Assembly: GCA_024137785.1 (NCBI GenBank)
Contig: JAHRHZ010000111.1
Location: forward strand, 16,441,341-16,505,236
Reading direction: 5' to 3'
From: Ginglymostoma cirratum
Lineage: Eukaryota
DNA length: 63,896 bases
The notes under the pieces are model-generated. The model searched no databases. It had not been told where the DNA came from and was given only the letters and a program-made list of their open reading frames with translations. This document shows, one piece after another, positions 48,650-60,980 of this stretch; within the stretch, counting starts at the first letter, position 1, and each line of letters starts with the position of its first letter. A program made the translations under genes and the position numbers.

Positions 48650-49635
48650 TAGCTTTGGGAGCCATGACACCAGGCTGCAGCCTCTGGCCCAAGCTTGAAC
48701 AGCACATATCAGAATGGGTTCTTAAAGCTTTGCCAGAATGATTACATTGTCATCAGAAATGCAGTGTGTATGTATGCACTTAAGTCAGCCAAATAAATTC
48801 TCGAGTGAACCAACCATTTCAGTGCAATAGCTGTGTAGTTGCTGCATGTGACAGAAATATCTCGTGTTATGTCAGAGGATGAAGATTGCTCAGAGATTAC
48901 AGGACACCTCAATGGCAAAATGATTAGTTTTCAGCACTTCATCATCAGATAGCAGCAAAAACTCAAGTGCCCATATAATCCCATCATGAGACCAGGCGGA
49001 ACCTTTGGCCTAATCTTGAACAGCACATATTGGAATGCATCCTTGAAGATTTACCAGAATAGTTACATGAAAGGCCCAGAGTGAGATCTTTAATACGATC
49101 ATGTAGCCAAAGTAATTTAGGTTAATTTTGACGAACTCTATAGTTCAGATGCCGATGACATTGAATTTGATGCTTTTTAAACTGTATGATTGTAGTTGAA
49201 ACTAACCTGGTAGAATTAGTACATTCAATATAATGTGGCATGCTAATTTAGTTTGAAAGGCAGGTTTCATTTTCACTTTTCAAAATGGCGAAAATCTTCA
49301 CCAGTGGTAAATGTTTTATACATGGCGCATAAGTTGACACTAATTCTGGGAAGGATTTTATGAACAAAAACAAAGTTGCTGGAAAAGCCAGATCTGGCAG
49401 CATCTGTGAAGGACAAAACAGAGTTAACGTTTCAGGTCTGGTGACCCTTCTGAGAAGGGTCACCAGACCCAAAACATTAACTCTGTTTTTTCCTTCACAG
49501 ATGCTGCCAGACCTGCTGAGCTTTTCTAGCAACTTTGTTTCGGTTCCTGATTTACAGCATCCACAGTTCTTTCGGTTTTTACTTAGGATTTTATGAAGCT
49601 CCACATGTTGCCTTATATGTCTTCTCAATAATTAA
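48650..49635 (+). mobile_element. Internally deleted pogo/Tigger-like DNA transposon
   Basis: Frameshifted CENP-B-type HTH WPKLEQHISEWVL..QNDYIVIRNA..MKIAQRL..KMISFQHFII, an acidic C-terminus FDELYSSDADDIEFDAF*, and inverted subterminal motifs cataagttgac / gttgccttatatg. Confidence 0.7.
49365..49584 (+). mobile_element. Palindromic mini-PLE (family 2) with a perfect 13-bp TSD
   Basis: The axis is ggtctggtgacccttct-g-agaagggtcaccagacc. The TSD is aggattttatgaa at 49352-49364 and 49585-49597. Confidence 0.95.
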
Positions 49636-49689
49636 TTGAAAGAAATTTTTGCACGTTCACTTTTACTGTTGATTTGCACATAATCTACG

Positions 49690-49815
49690 CACTGAGCTGT
49701 TGCCTACATTAGAATGGTGACTACATGTTTAAAAAGTACCTATTTAGCTCTAAAGCACTATCAGACTTCCTAAGGACATGAAAGGCACTATCTAAACTGC
49801 AAGTATTTCTTTCTA
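49690..49815 (+). mobile_element. 3' end of an ancient DeuSINE/L2-tailed SINE (SacSINE1-like)
   Basis: cctacattagaatggtgactacat..aaaagtac..ctaaagcact..tgaaaggcactat.taaa.tgcaagt.tttctttc. Weaker copies lie at about 34350-34450 (+), 50190-50240 (-) and 62680-62760 (-). Confidence 0.6.
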
Positions 49816-51959
49816 ATGTCTGATAGAATGTTTGTTCTTACTATTTTTAAATAATAAGACTGGAATAGTTTTCCCATTCTTCGCCAGGCTGTGAAACTGA
49901 GTTCCATTCAATGGTAGAAATCAAAATCTTTTAAAGAAACTTTATCCAACTATCTCATTATAACTGTATCTTTTGTCAGTGTATTAGGAGAGATTTTGAC
50001 AGCAGCTTTGAATAAAGGCCAACTTTGCACGCTTCACATTCTTAATTAAAGCAAGCATGCCCACAAGCCGAAAATAATATTGAATACCAGTTATTATTTA
50101 ATTAATGTGTTGTATGCTAAGAAAGACAAAGCAGTGTTGCTTTTACGCCACGGTTAAGGAAATGGATACAATATACACCTGTATAATACTTTTTTGCAAT
50201 CCTTTTATTGAAGTGTTGTCACTGTTGTACTATACAGAAATCATAGAATAGGTACAATACAGAAAAAGGCTATTCTGTCCATCATGTTTGTGCTAACTCT
50301 ATGTAAGGACAACATGGTTTGTTCCACTGCTCAGTTTGGCAGAACACCATCTAGCAAACAGCATTGTGATATTGACCTGTATTTTCCAATAAAGGGGCTG
50401 GTGAATGACTTGACTTAAGCCACTGATGTAACTCGGGACTGTGAAGAAAGCTTGGTGGATGCACAAGCTTATACAGGAAGCTTAAACTTATGATTGTTGG
50501 CTGTATGTTTCCCAAACTACTACACGATTCCCTACGAAAATGGGGCGAGGTGTTCATATCCACAGACTTATATGTATCTTGATTTTTGTAGCAATGTACT
50601 TGGAGAGTTTCCCCATCCAAGATAAACCAGTTGGAATGTCGAAGAACTTGAGCATCCTCAGCAAACCTGTTGTAGTTCAGCACCACCCCCCAAACTGTCG
50701 ATACAGCTCACTATCCCTACGCTGAAGTTAATCAATCCACACGGATAATATTCACTACCTTCTGAGAATGATCGCCTCCTTCCTGACAGTGCCAACACCT
50801 CTCCACAATGCTCACCCCCATCCCCTCAACATTGCTTGCTACCCACTCAACCGTGCTTGCTCCTTGTCCTTCAACCCCCATTGATAATGCTCACCCCCAC
50901 CCCAAGGTAATGGTCATCCATCCCTCAGGACAATGATTTTCCCCACCTCTCAATAAGATACACACCACGTCTGCATCCCCTCTTCCAGCTTTTCTTTTGT
51001 TATACCTGTTTCTTGCCTGGCAGATGGTAGGAGGGTCAGCAATCTTGGGGAGTTGTGGATACGGGGACGAGAAATGCTCAGGGTGAGAGGGGGTACTGTC
51101 AGCAGGGAGGTTGGTGAGCCTTTGAGAGGGTCGTCATGAATTTTTCCAGTCTGTATGATGCAGGTGTACCCACAGTGCTGTTTTAAAGGAAGTTCCAGGA
51201 TTCTGACCAGGTGATGGTGAAGGAATAACTACATACTTCCAAGCCAGGATGATGTGTGGCTTGGAGGGGAGCTTGTCGTGAGAGTGTGCTAATCATCTGC
51301 TGCATTTCTAGGTGGCAGAGACAGCAGGTTTAGAAAATACTATTGCTGAAGCTTTGTGAGTTGCTACAGTACATTTGCAGATGATATGTCCTGCTGCCAT
51401 AGTGCTTTGGTAGGGAAGGTGTGAACATGTAAGGTGGTGTTGATCAACAGCCTGCTTTCTCCTGGATGATGTCGAGCTGCTTAAGTGTTGCTGGAGCTAC
51501 AGACATCAAGGCAAATGGAAAGTGTCCCATCACATTCCTGACTCGTGCTTTGTTATTGGTGGACAGGCACTGGGAGACAGCAGATGAAAATTCTTGGTCT
51601 GTGACCTGCTTTTTGTAATCATAGATTTTATATGATTGGTTCACTTCAGTTTCTGATCAATGGTAACCACTGGGATGCTGATAGTGGTAGATTCAATTAT
51701 ATTAATAACATTGAAAATCAAGGGAAGAAAATTAGATTCTGTCTTGTTGGAGTTGGTCATTGTTTTGTGTGGCATGAAGATTATTTGTCACTCATCAGCT
51801 CATGTCTGAACATTGTCCATTTTTTTTCTGCAGGTGGACACTGATTTCTTCAGGATAAGGACTTGCAAATGGAACTGAATACCATGCATTCAGCAACAAA
51901 CATTCCAACTTCTGACCTTATGATAGAGGGAAAGTCATTGATGAAGCAGTTGAAGATTA

Positions 51960-52507
51960 GTTTGACTTGGTTAGACCACTCTTGGAATATTGTGTTCAGC
52001 TCTGGTTGCCTCATTATAGGAAGGATGTGGAAGCTTTAGAGCGGGTACAGAGGAACTTTACCAGGATGCTGCCTGGACTGGAGGTCAGGTGTTATGAGGA
52101 AAGGTTGGGGGAGCTAGAGCTTGTTTCATTGGAGTGAAGAAGGATGAGAGGTGATTTGATAGAGGTGTACAAGATGAGGAGAGGCATAGATAGAGTTAAT
52201 AGCCAGAGACTTTTTCCCACTGTGGAAATGACTATTACGAGGGGGCATAATTTTAAGGTGATTGGAGGAATGTATAGGGAGATGTCAGAGGTAGGTTCTT
52301 TACACAGAGATTTGTGGGTGCATGGAATGCGCTGCCAGTAGTGGAGTCAGATACATTAGGGACATTTAAGCGACTCTTGGATAGGCACATGGATGATAGT
52401 AAAATGTAGGGTATGCAGGGTAGTTTGATTTTAGTAGGACAATTGATCAGCACAACTTTGTGGGCCGAAGGACCTGTACTGTGTTGTATTGTTCTATGTT
52501 CTATGAT
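51960..52507 (+). mobile_element. CR1/HER1 LINE 3' fragment
   Basis: [39 protein letters not shown], and the tail tgttctatgttctatg. Confidence 0.95.
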
Positions 52508-52594
52508 TTAAGATGGTTGAGCCAAGGACACTACCCTGAGGAACTCCTGCAGAGATGTCCTGGTGCTGAGATGACTGACCTCAAACAACCACAA

Positions 52595-52767
52595 TTCCTC
52601 CCACAGTCCAAAGATGTCCAGGCTAGGTGGATTGGCCATGGTAAATTGCCCGTAGTGTTCAGGGGTGTGTGGGTTATAGGGGGATGGGTCTGGGTGGGAT
52701 AGTCCAAGGGTCGGTGTGGACTTGTTGGGCCGAAGGGCCTGTTTCCACACTGTAGGGACTCTATGAT
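52595..52767 (+). mobile_element. 5'-truncated HE1 SINE
   Basis: ttcctcccacagtccaaagatgt...gggccgaagggcctgtttccacactgtagggactctatg. Confidence 0.9.
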
Positions 52768-52967
52768 GATGAACTGCTTTTCCAGGTATGAATCCAATCA
52801 GCAAGGATATTTTTCTTGCTGATTCCATTGATTTCTTTATTGCAAGGACTTCTTAACTCCACACATATCAGAAGCTACTTTAATATCAAATGTCACTTTC
52901 AACTCACCTCTAGAGTTCAGCTGTCTCGTCCGTGTTTGGATGATGCCAGGATAAATTCAGAAGCTGA

Positions 52968-53197
52968 GATAACAAGATGTAGAGCTGGTTGAACACAGCA
53001 GGCCAAGCAGCATCAGAGGAGCAGGAAGGCTGACGTTTCGGGCATGGACCCTTCTTCAGAAGAAGGGTCTGAAGAAAGGTCTAGGCCCGAAACATCAGCC
53101 ATCCTGCTCCTCTCATGTTGCTTGGCCTGCTGTGTTCATCCAGCTCTACACCTTGTCGTCTCAGATTCTCCAGCATCTGCAGTTCCTACTATCTCTG
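52968..53197 (+). mobile_element. Palindromic mini-PLE (family 1) with a hammerhead core on each strand
   Basis: Arms are as at 9497-9711 but with the tail on the right. The TSD is aattcagaagctga (52954-52967) / aatttggaagctga (53198-53211). Confidence 0.93.
53029..53061 (-). ncRNA. Minimal type-I hammerhead ribozyme motif, intact core
   Basis: The minus strand reads tt-CTGAAGA-a-GGG-tccatg-CCC-GAAA-cg-T-C-agc. This gives CUGANGA, stem II, GAAA, palindromic ACGU in place of stem III, and a GUC cleavage triplet. Confidence 0.8.
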
Positions 53198-56100
53198 AAT
53201 TTGGAAGCTGACTGATATTGAAAGAACGCTAACGGAGTATCAGTAAATAGCTTATTGTTGAATGTATGACACATGATAACACTTCACTAATGACTGAGAG
53301 TAAATTGCTGAGTTATAATTGGCCAATTTGGATTGGTCTTGGTTTTTTTGGACAGGACATACATAGACATTTTCTACATTTCTGGGTAGATGTTAATGTT
53401 GTAGCTGTACTGGAATAGCAAGGCAATGCCACTGCCACTACAGCACCTCCTGGATGCCCAGCTTTGAGTTGGTTGATCTGTTTGAAGTCTGCCCCATTTA
53501 ATATGGTTATAATGCCACACAATTCAGTGGAGGCTATCCTCAAGGAGAAAACAATAACATCACCTGCACATCTGGGCACTCTTACCAAAACTGCCAGTGA
53601 TATGTAGTTTAGGGTGGGTGACATCAAGTAGGCTTTTCCCTTTTGGTTCCCTTGCCACCTACGACAGACCCAGTCTAACAGTTCTATCTTTTAGGAGTCA
53701 GCCAGATCTGTCAATAATGGTGCTGCAGCAGAGCCACTCTTAATGGTGGACATTGACATTCCCACCTGGAGTTTATTCTGTGTCCTTGACACCCTCAGTG
53801 CTTCTTCCAGCATGTGTAAAACCTATAAAGTTGCAAGTTTGTGTAACGTGTGCTTGAATTCATTCTTTTAAAATGGTCAAATTAGACCATTGAATAAAAT
53901 TGTGTATTTAGGAAAACACAAAATTGCATATCAGCGACTGGAAAACCACTGTTGAAATTGGCAGTTTTCTTAAATGGTAACAATTTTAATATCATTGCCT
54001 ATTGATTAACACACATTCTTGATATTATTAGAATCGATCTTTTCAGCAAAGATTATATTGGATTCTCAAGTGCTACAAATCTATTAAAAACAAGGGGAAT
54101 CAAGCTTAAAACTAAGTAACTGAAAGAAATCATCATACATTTTTAATTTTGACTTTCAAATAGACGAATTTAAACTGAACAGCAACTATGAAAAGACCTC
54201 ATAATTAGCACCATGGTATACGCTGAGTGCGGAAATAAATTATTCACAATCTCAGGATCGGTCCTAGCAGATAGTAATCTGCATATTCCACTCTAGTCAG
54301 GCTGATATGGAGATTGAAGCTTATCCATGTTGTCAGTGTACCTGCTAGAGGAACCTTCTCCTAATTAGACACCTCTGCACTCAACATCCTGGTTAGGAGA
54401 ACACATCTGATCTTCACATTACTTGCCCCTTGGATTCACAGCATTACCACACTAATAGACCCACTGGAAAATATGGGCACTGCCGAGACAGATAGACGCC
54501 CACAGGGACTCCTGAACATAGAAGCACCCTTAGCTGCTTACTTGAATTAATTATTTAAAGACTCCTACAACTGGGAGGATCAGTGGCCTTAGGGAAAATC
54601 CTCTGTAAGCTTATGCAGAGGATATGCTTTGATCCCCTTGGTATCTGCATGATTGAGGCATGGAAATTCTAGCTCTGTCGTCTCCTTGGTCTGCTAATGT
54701 CAAGCTACCTTGATTGAGTTAGCTGTCTCATCTGGAGTTGGTGGGGGTGGGGGTCGATGGTGGGTGGGGATGGGAGGCACTCTGTGTAGGGAAAACACTG
54801 GGAACAGCACCAAATGATCCCTATTTAGGACCATCATTGCCTTAAATGGTGCCTGCCTTATTGGAGTGGGCAGCTGGAATGGTTATGAGCCCACCTGGCG
54901 TGGGGGATGGGGGGTGGGAATTTCATCAGAGAGTCATCCTTACATGACTTGCCCCAATTTCTTGTTCACCTTGCCTCCAATACTGGGCTGCATTTTATTA
55001 GGCCAAGGCAGAGGGGATTAGAAAGCTTTTCTTTTTCTTTTTCTTCTTGGGTTTGTTATTTTTCTGGCTCAATGGACATCTAAATCATTTGAAAAAACTT
55101 TCATTGGAGATTCCATTACTGAAGCTGAAAGTTTTTGCAATGATTGTAACTATGTGTTATCTGTCAATAAACTGTGGCTTCAAAAATATTTCTTACATTG
55201 AACTTCACATGGTTGTTAGTGGCTCTTGCATGTCTAGTCTATCCCTGGTTACTCAGATGGTACAATTGTTTCTTCTAAAGATGTACCACATCAACAATAA
55301 CTTGGCATAGAAATTGGTTCACATGAAAGAGGGAATACCGTCTGCAATGGGTAGGGTCAAGACACTTGATGTTAGACTGTCGACCTCCTTTACATAAGGC
55401 CAGTGAACTCCTGATAGCTCTTTTATATCTGTCGACAGGTTGTCAGTGTGTCAGATTTGAATTTTAGGTGAATACATTGTTTGCAGAAGGCTTTGAGAAG
55501 GTGCCAAGGGTTGGTATGGGAGGTCAGTTTGGTGGAGAGGTAGTTTCAGAGGGTGAAACCAGACGATCAGGAGGCATTAAATCTCCACTCCCATTCCAAG
55601 GAAAATATTTAACTTTCTTTGTGGTCACAAGTGGTCTGATTAGAACTTGCTAGTCTGCCTGCGCATGAACCTGATTTCCCCTGAACACGTCAACTGAGCA
55701 GTGATGGCTTACAGGGCTGACCACTTTCAGGAAAGAGACCAGGCTCTTTGCGTATGCAAAGAAGGGCTTAACTTGGCCATCAGTTGACAGTTTTGAACAT
55801 CTCTTTATCTGCGTTTTGAAAAAATGTTGAGGGGCACACTTCCAGTGCAAAGTATGCTTGGTCAAACTGCACACCATATTGCATGCTGAGATGGCCATTC
55901 CCTTCTGCAAACTGGATGTGGCATCAGCCTGTCTGTTGACACATGAGTGTATGCATGGCATCTTTCACGCAGGAAAGAATGCCAATGCACGTCACCAAGG
56001 CAATCATTCTGGAAACTACTGATGCCAAGACAAAGAAGCAGACATTAAGAAGAGTAATTAAAAGCTTGGGGAAAGGAGCTGGTATTAAGAATAGCTTTAA

Positions 56101-56967
56101 AGGAGACTGGCAAGGGTGAGAGCTAAAGGAGTCTGATGGAGATATTTATTTGCTGACAAAGTGAAGGAGATGGAGAATGACGTGTCTCTCCCTGAAGGGC
56201 AGGATTACAACATGTTTGAAATGATTATCAGCAAAAGGCTTTGACCACATAATGGTCAATTACTGCCAATGCCAGCCTGATACTAAATGCTATCTTTCAG
56301 CAGCTGTCAGGTCATTTCAACAGATGAACTATTCAGCAAGCCACATACATATGTTAGATTCATTCGATTTTCTTTTCTGCACATTTAGGCATAGCAAATA
56401 GTTGTCAGAGAAAGGGATGAAAATCTACATTGATAATTGTAAACTTAATGATTTTCTTGTAATTGTTTCCTCATCACACATTTTATTTTTAGATCTAAAT
56501 CATTGGCTAATGGAGAAATCAAAATAATCAAATCGCTCAAAGTGTATTTTTGAAATTATGTTTCATGGTTGTTGTTCTGGTATTTGTTTATTCTGTATAG
56601 GTAGCTTCCCTACCTGTTCTATTCATTGTTACTTAAGATCACAACATCATTAAAGTTTACAAAGCCAGCCCCCTCTGTCCTGGCTGAGATTGGGTGTCTC
56701 AAAATAGTTCAGGATCATACATGTGCTCTAATATTTCATTGGTTTATGAATAAAAAGGAAGGAGAAAGAAGAAAATCACTTTCTGATGTAACTGAACAAT
56801 ATAAACAACATTTGTATGTTTAAACTGAGGTCAGGTTAATTCAGTGGCAGTATCCGGTTTGTAATTTTGGTCTTGTTCTCACATTAGCAAGATGGACCAT
56901 TCGCTCATGTGCTATTTATTCATTTCTTAAAAATCATTTCATTGATTATTAGCTATGACTATATATA

Positions 56968-57521
56968 AATCAGGAAATTTGGCATGTACATAGGGACCCT
57001 CACCAATTTCTACAGATGCACCATTGAAAGCATACTGTCCGGGTACATGCTGGCCTGGTATGGCAACTGCTCTGCACAGGACTGTTAGAAACTACAGAAT
57101 GTTGGGCGCACAGCCCAGACCATTGTGGAAGTCAACCTTTCATCCATTTGCACAGCTCGTTGCCATGGAAAAGCTGCCAACATCATCAAAGACCCATTGC
57201 ACTCTGGTAATGATCTCCTACAGCCTGTTCTGTCAGGCAGAAGACATGGAAGCCTGAACACAAGCACCAGCAGGTTCAGGAGCAGCTTCTTCCTGGCTGT
57301 TATTAGAATGATGAATGGTCTCTTTAGCCTAAAATAACGCCGATCTTGCTAATGTCAATCTCATCTAGCACAATCTATGTGCAATGTAACCTGTATGCCT
57401 CCATCTAAGTTTTTTTTACACCTTTGATCGGTACATCCTTGCTTACTACGATCTGCCTCTACTGCTCGTAAACAAAGCTTTTCACTGTACTTCGGTACAC
57501 ATGACAATAAATCAATCAATC
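56968..57521 (+). mobile_element. Rex1/Babar LINE 3' fragment
   Basis: RKFGM...LTNFYRCTIESILSG...WYGNCSAQD, KAANIIKDPLHSG..LSGRRHGSL..TSRFRSSFF.AVIRMMN, and the tail aataaatcaatcaatc. Confidence 0.92.
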
Positions 57522-57787
57522 GAACACAATACTTTAATTTTTCTCAAATTCAGCAGCTCTAGAGTACTGTACATATAAGTAATTATGAAAAGGGACCTGG
57601 TGCTAGCCATCGATGGTAGTTTTCATGTATTTATCAAGGCGAGATATCGCAGTGTGATGAAATGAAACATGCTTCCTCCCTACCCCATGTCTACTAAACA
57701 ACAGCAGAAATTTCTTCATCATGCATAGACTGCTCAGTCAGATCCCTCGAGACCTTGACCAGTTTCCAGTGAGAAATATAATGAGAT

Positions 57788-58012
57788 TAGGTGGGTTGGC
57801 CATGCTACGTTTCCTGTAACGTCTGAGGGATGTGCAGGCAAAGTGGATTTAGCATAGGAAATTCAGGGTTACAGGGACAGAGTAGGTGGGTCTGGGTGGG
57901 ATTTTCATTGGAGAGTCGGTGTGGACTTGTATGAGTATCTCGCAGTAAGGACAAGTAAGGACTTGTCGGTGTATGAGCCGAATAGCCTGCTTCCACAATA
58001 TAGGGATTCCAT
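57788..58012 (+). mobile_element. 5'-truncated HE1 SINE with a small internal insertion
   Basis: taggtgggttggccatgcta...ggtgggtctgggtggga...gccgaatagcctgcttccaca. Confidence 0.8.
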
Positions 58013-58071
58013 GCTTCTGTGATTTCAGGAAAATACCATGTTGTAGCATCGCATACATTGGAAAGTATTGC

Positions 58072-58097
58072 GTGTGTGTATATGTGTGTATGTGTGG

Positions 58098-58134
<37 letters not shown>
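58072..58134. repeat. (GT)n microsatellite
   Basis: Direct reading of the sequence. Confidence 0.95.
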
Positions 58135-58137
<3 letters not shown>

Positions 58138-59091
58138 ACACAAACTTTCTTCACTGAGTATTTTTAACAGCTGGCAGAGATGGATAGCTCTTTCTGTTCA
58201 TCAGTGATTCCCAGGCCTGGAGCTCCAAATTGTATGAGTTGTTTATCTAATAATAAGACCCATGTGACCTTACTTTGCCCCCGTTTGATAAGTTCTTCTG
58301 CAATTTCTTAAGGTTCAGTTTGGCAGCCAAACAGCAGCAGCAGAGCAGCTCCCAGCCATCTTTAAAACAGACAAGATCTAATTTTCTAGGCTATTTTAAA
58401 ACGACATGAATAGGCAATTTACTTCATTTAGATTTAATTCCCTTAATTACTTATGGTTACAAGATAAATTGTTAGACTCATTCATGTATTCATGGAATTA
58501 ATCTTTCACTTATAATCAGAAAGTGAATTCTGAGGTTCCCTCACGGGCGGGTTCAGAAAATCTGTTCTCATATACCCACATTTATCAACCATATCATCTG
58601 AAAATGTATTATCAGTTTTCATCATTCATTAGAATTCCAACAACACACTAGAAAATGTGGAATCTACTCCATTTGCAAAAAAGAAATACAATTTCCAAGC
58701 TGCTTTTTGCATGCTAATATTTTGATCAGTCACCTTCATTTATGTGCCTCCTTACTCATGTATTTCATGACATTTATCTTTGATCTAAGCTTGTTTTATT
58801 CATGAAATTCTTTCTTGGTATCAAAGCTTTTCCATCTTTCTGAAATTTACCTTTGAAGTTACCGTGATCACTTAAAAAGGGTAATTTCCAACATGTTTCC
58901 AAATTCATTTTGATTGGGACAAGCTCATATTTTTTGGCATTTGACCAACTGAGACAGCACCTGTAGTAATTATGTGTGTAGTGATGGAATACCGTTTAAA
59001 GATTTCCATTGTTAAAAGTAGCTGTCTCTGTTGGCAAGGTCGTGTTCACTGGTGAATGACTTCAGATGTGTTAAGCCGGCAGAAAATTCTA

Positions 59092-60980
59092 CCTACAAAA
59101 ATAGAAGTTGCTGGAAAAGCTCAGCAGGTCTGGCAGCATCTGTGGAGAGAAATCTTAGTTAACGTTTCAGGTTGAGTGACCCTCAGAACTGATGATATCT
59201 AGGAAAATATTGTCTATAAGCAAAAGATAGGATGGTGGGAAGGAGCAGGAGTAAATGACAGGTGGTGATGCAGCCCAAAGAGTGACATGAACAGTTGGAC
59301 AGATAAGGGAGTGGAGAACGATCTGGCTATGAGGGTGAATAGCTAATAATGGAGACTGTTAGTGGCTAACAACGAGTTGTGTGTAACAGCAGACTATGTG
59401 ACAACAAGGCCTGGTGTGTGGAAGTTGGGGTAAGGACATGGGAGATGGCGCTCAAGCCCTGAAGTTATTGAACTCGATATTGAGTCCAGAAGGTAGCAGT
59501 GTTCCCAAGAAGAAAATGAGGTGTTGTCCTTTCAGCTTGTGTTGAGCTTCGCTGGAACACTGTAGCAAGCCTGAGATAGAGGTGTTGGCCAGGGAACAGG
59601 GTGGTGTGTTTTAAAGTGGCAGGCAACAGGTAGCTCAGGGTCTGCAGAATGTAGATGTTCCGTGAAGCGGTCACCCAATCTGCACTTTGTTTCACAACGT
59701 AGAGGAGACCATGCTGTGAGCAGCGAATGCAGTGGGCTAGATTGTGGGAAGTGCAGGTAAAGTGCTGCTTCACCTGGAAGGTATGTTTGGGCCCTTGGAT
59801 ACTGAGGAGGGAGAAGGTGTTACACCTTCGCCGATGGCAGGGGAAGGTGCCGTGGGGCAGTGGGGGAGGTGTTGGGAGTGACCGAAGAGTGGACCAGGGT
59901 GTTCTGAAGGCTGACAAGGGAGGGGGAGGGAAATGTGTCTAACGATGGCATCTCGCTGGAGGTGATGGAAATGGCATCTGATGATCTTCTGGATGTGGAT
60001 GCTGGTGGGATGGTAGGTAAGGACAAGGGGAACCCTATCACTGTTGCAGGAGGGAAGTGAGGGAGTGGGGGCTGAAATGCGGGTGATGAAATGCAGCCTA
60101 CAACAGTGCTGGGGAATCCTCAGTTGAGGAAGAAGGTGGACATTTCAGAGGCTCCCTTGTTGAAGTTGTCACCATCAAAACATATGCAATAGAGACAGAA
60201 GAATTGGGAGAATGGAATGAAGTCTTTACAGGAAGCAGGGTGTGAGGATCTATAGTCCAGGTAACCATGGGAGTCAGTGAGTTTATTGGTGACCAGTCAA
60301 TCCCCAGAAATGGAAACAAAGATGTCAAGGAAGGGAAAGGAGGAATCAGAGATGCACCAGATGAAGGTGAGAGAGGGATGGAAATTGGAAGCGAAATCGA
60401 TAAGATTTTCCAATTCTGAATGAGAGGTGGAGGCAGCAGCAAGGATATCACTGATATGTCAGAGAAAGAGTTATGGGTGGGGACCTGAATAGGACTGGAA
60501 CAAGGAATGTTCCATTTACACCACAAAGAGACAGGCATAACTGGGGCCCATGTGCATACCCATGACCATGCCTCTGACTCGAAGGAAATGAGAGGAATTA
60601 AAAGTAAAGTTGTTGAGAGTGGGAATGAGCTCGGACAGGTAGAGGAGGCTGGTAGTGGAGGGGTTGGTTCAGGCCTTTGTTCCAGAAAGAAGTGGAGAGT
60701 CCTGAGGCCATCCTGGTGGGGGATGGATGTGTAAAGGGATTCCATGTCCATGGTAAAGAGGTGGCAGCTAGATGCTGCAAACTGGAAATTCTGAAACTGG
60801 CATAAAGTCAGAGGAATCGCAGATGTAAGTGGGCAGGGACTGGACCGGCTCAGAAAAGACCGAGTCAAGGTAGGAAGAGATGAGTTCAGTGGGGCAGGAG
60901 CAGATAGAAACAATGGGTCTGCCTGGGTAGTCGTGTTTGTGGATTTTGGGAAGGAAGTAGAAGCAAGCTGTGCTTTCCAC
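59092..60980 (-). mobile_element. 5'-truncated, degraded Neptune-type PLE (family 2)
   Basis: The minus strand reads FYFLPKIHK..PGRPIVSICSCPTELISSYLDS, LFTMDMESLYTSIPHQDGL, GTFPCHRRRCN and HCIRCSQHGLLYV. The terminal repeat lies at 59092-59195. Confidence 0.93.

Larger units (their letters stand above)
51160..53810 (-). mobile_element. Family-B LINE, host of three nested insertions
   Basis: Homologous to 33100-33960 over 51160-51958. It resumes at 52510-52595, 52770-52967 and 53198-53810. Confidence 0.85.

Noticed and set aside
58318-58332. NFI binding site in gtttggcagccaaac
   Set aside because: The half-sites are 1 nt apart, whereas the canonical site is TTGGC(N5)GCCAA.
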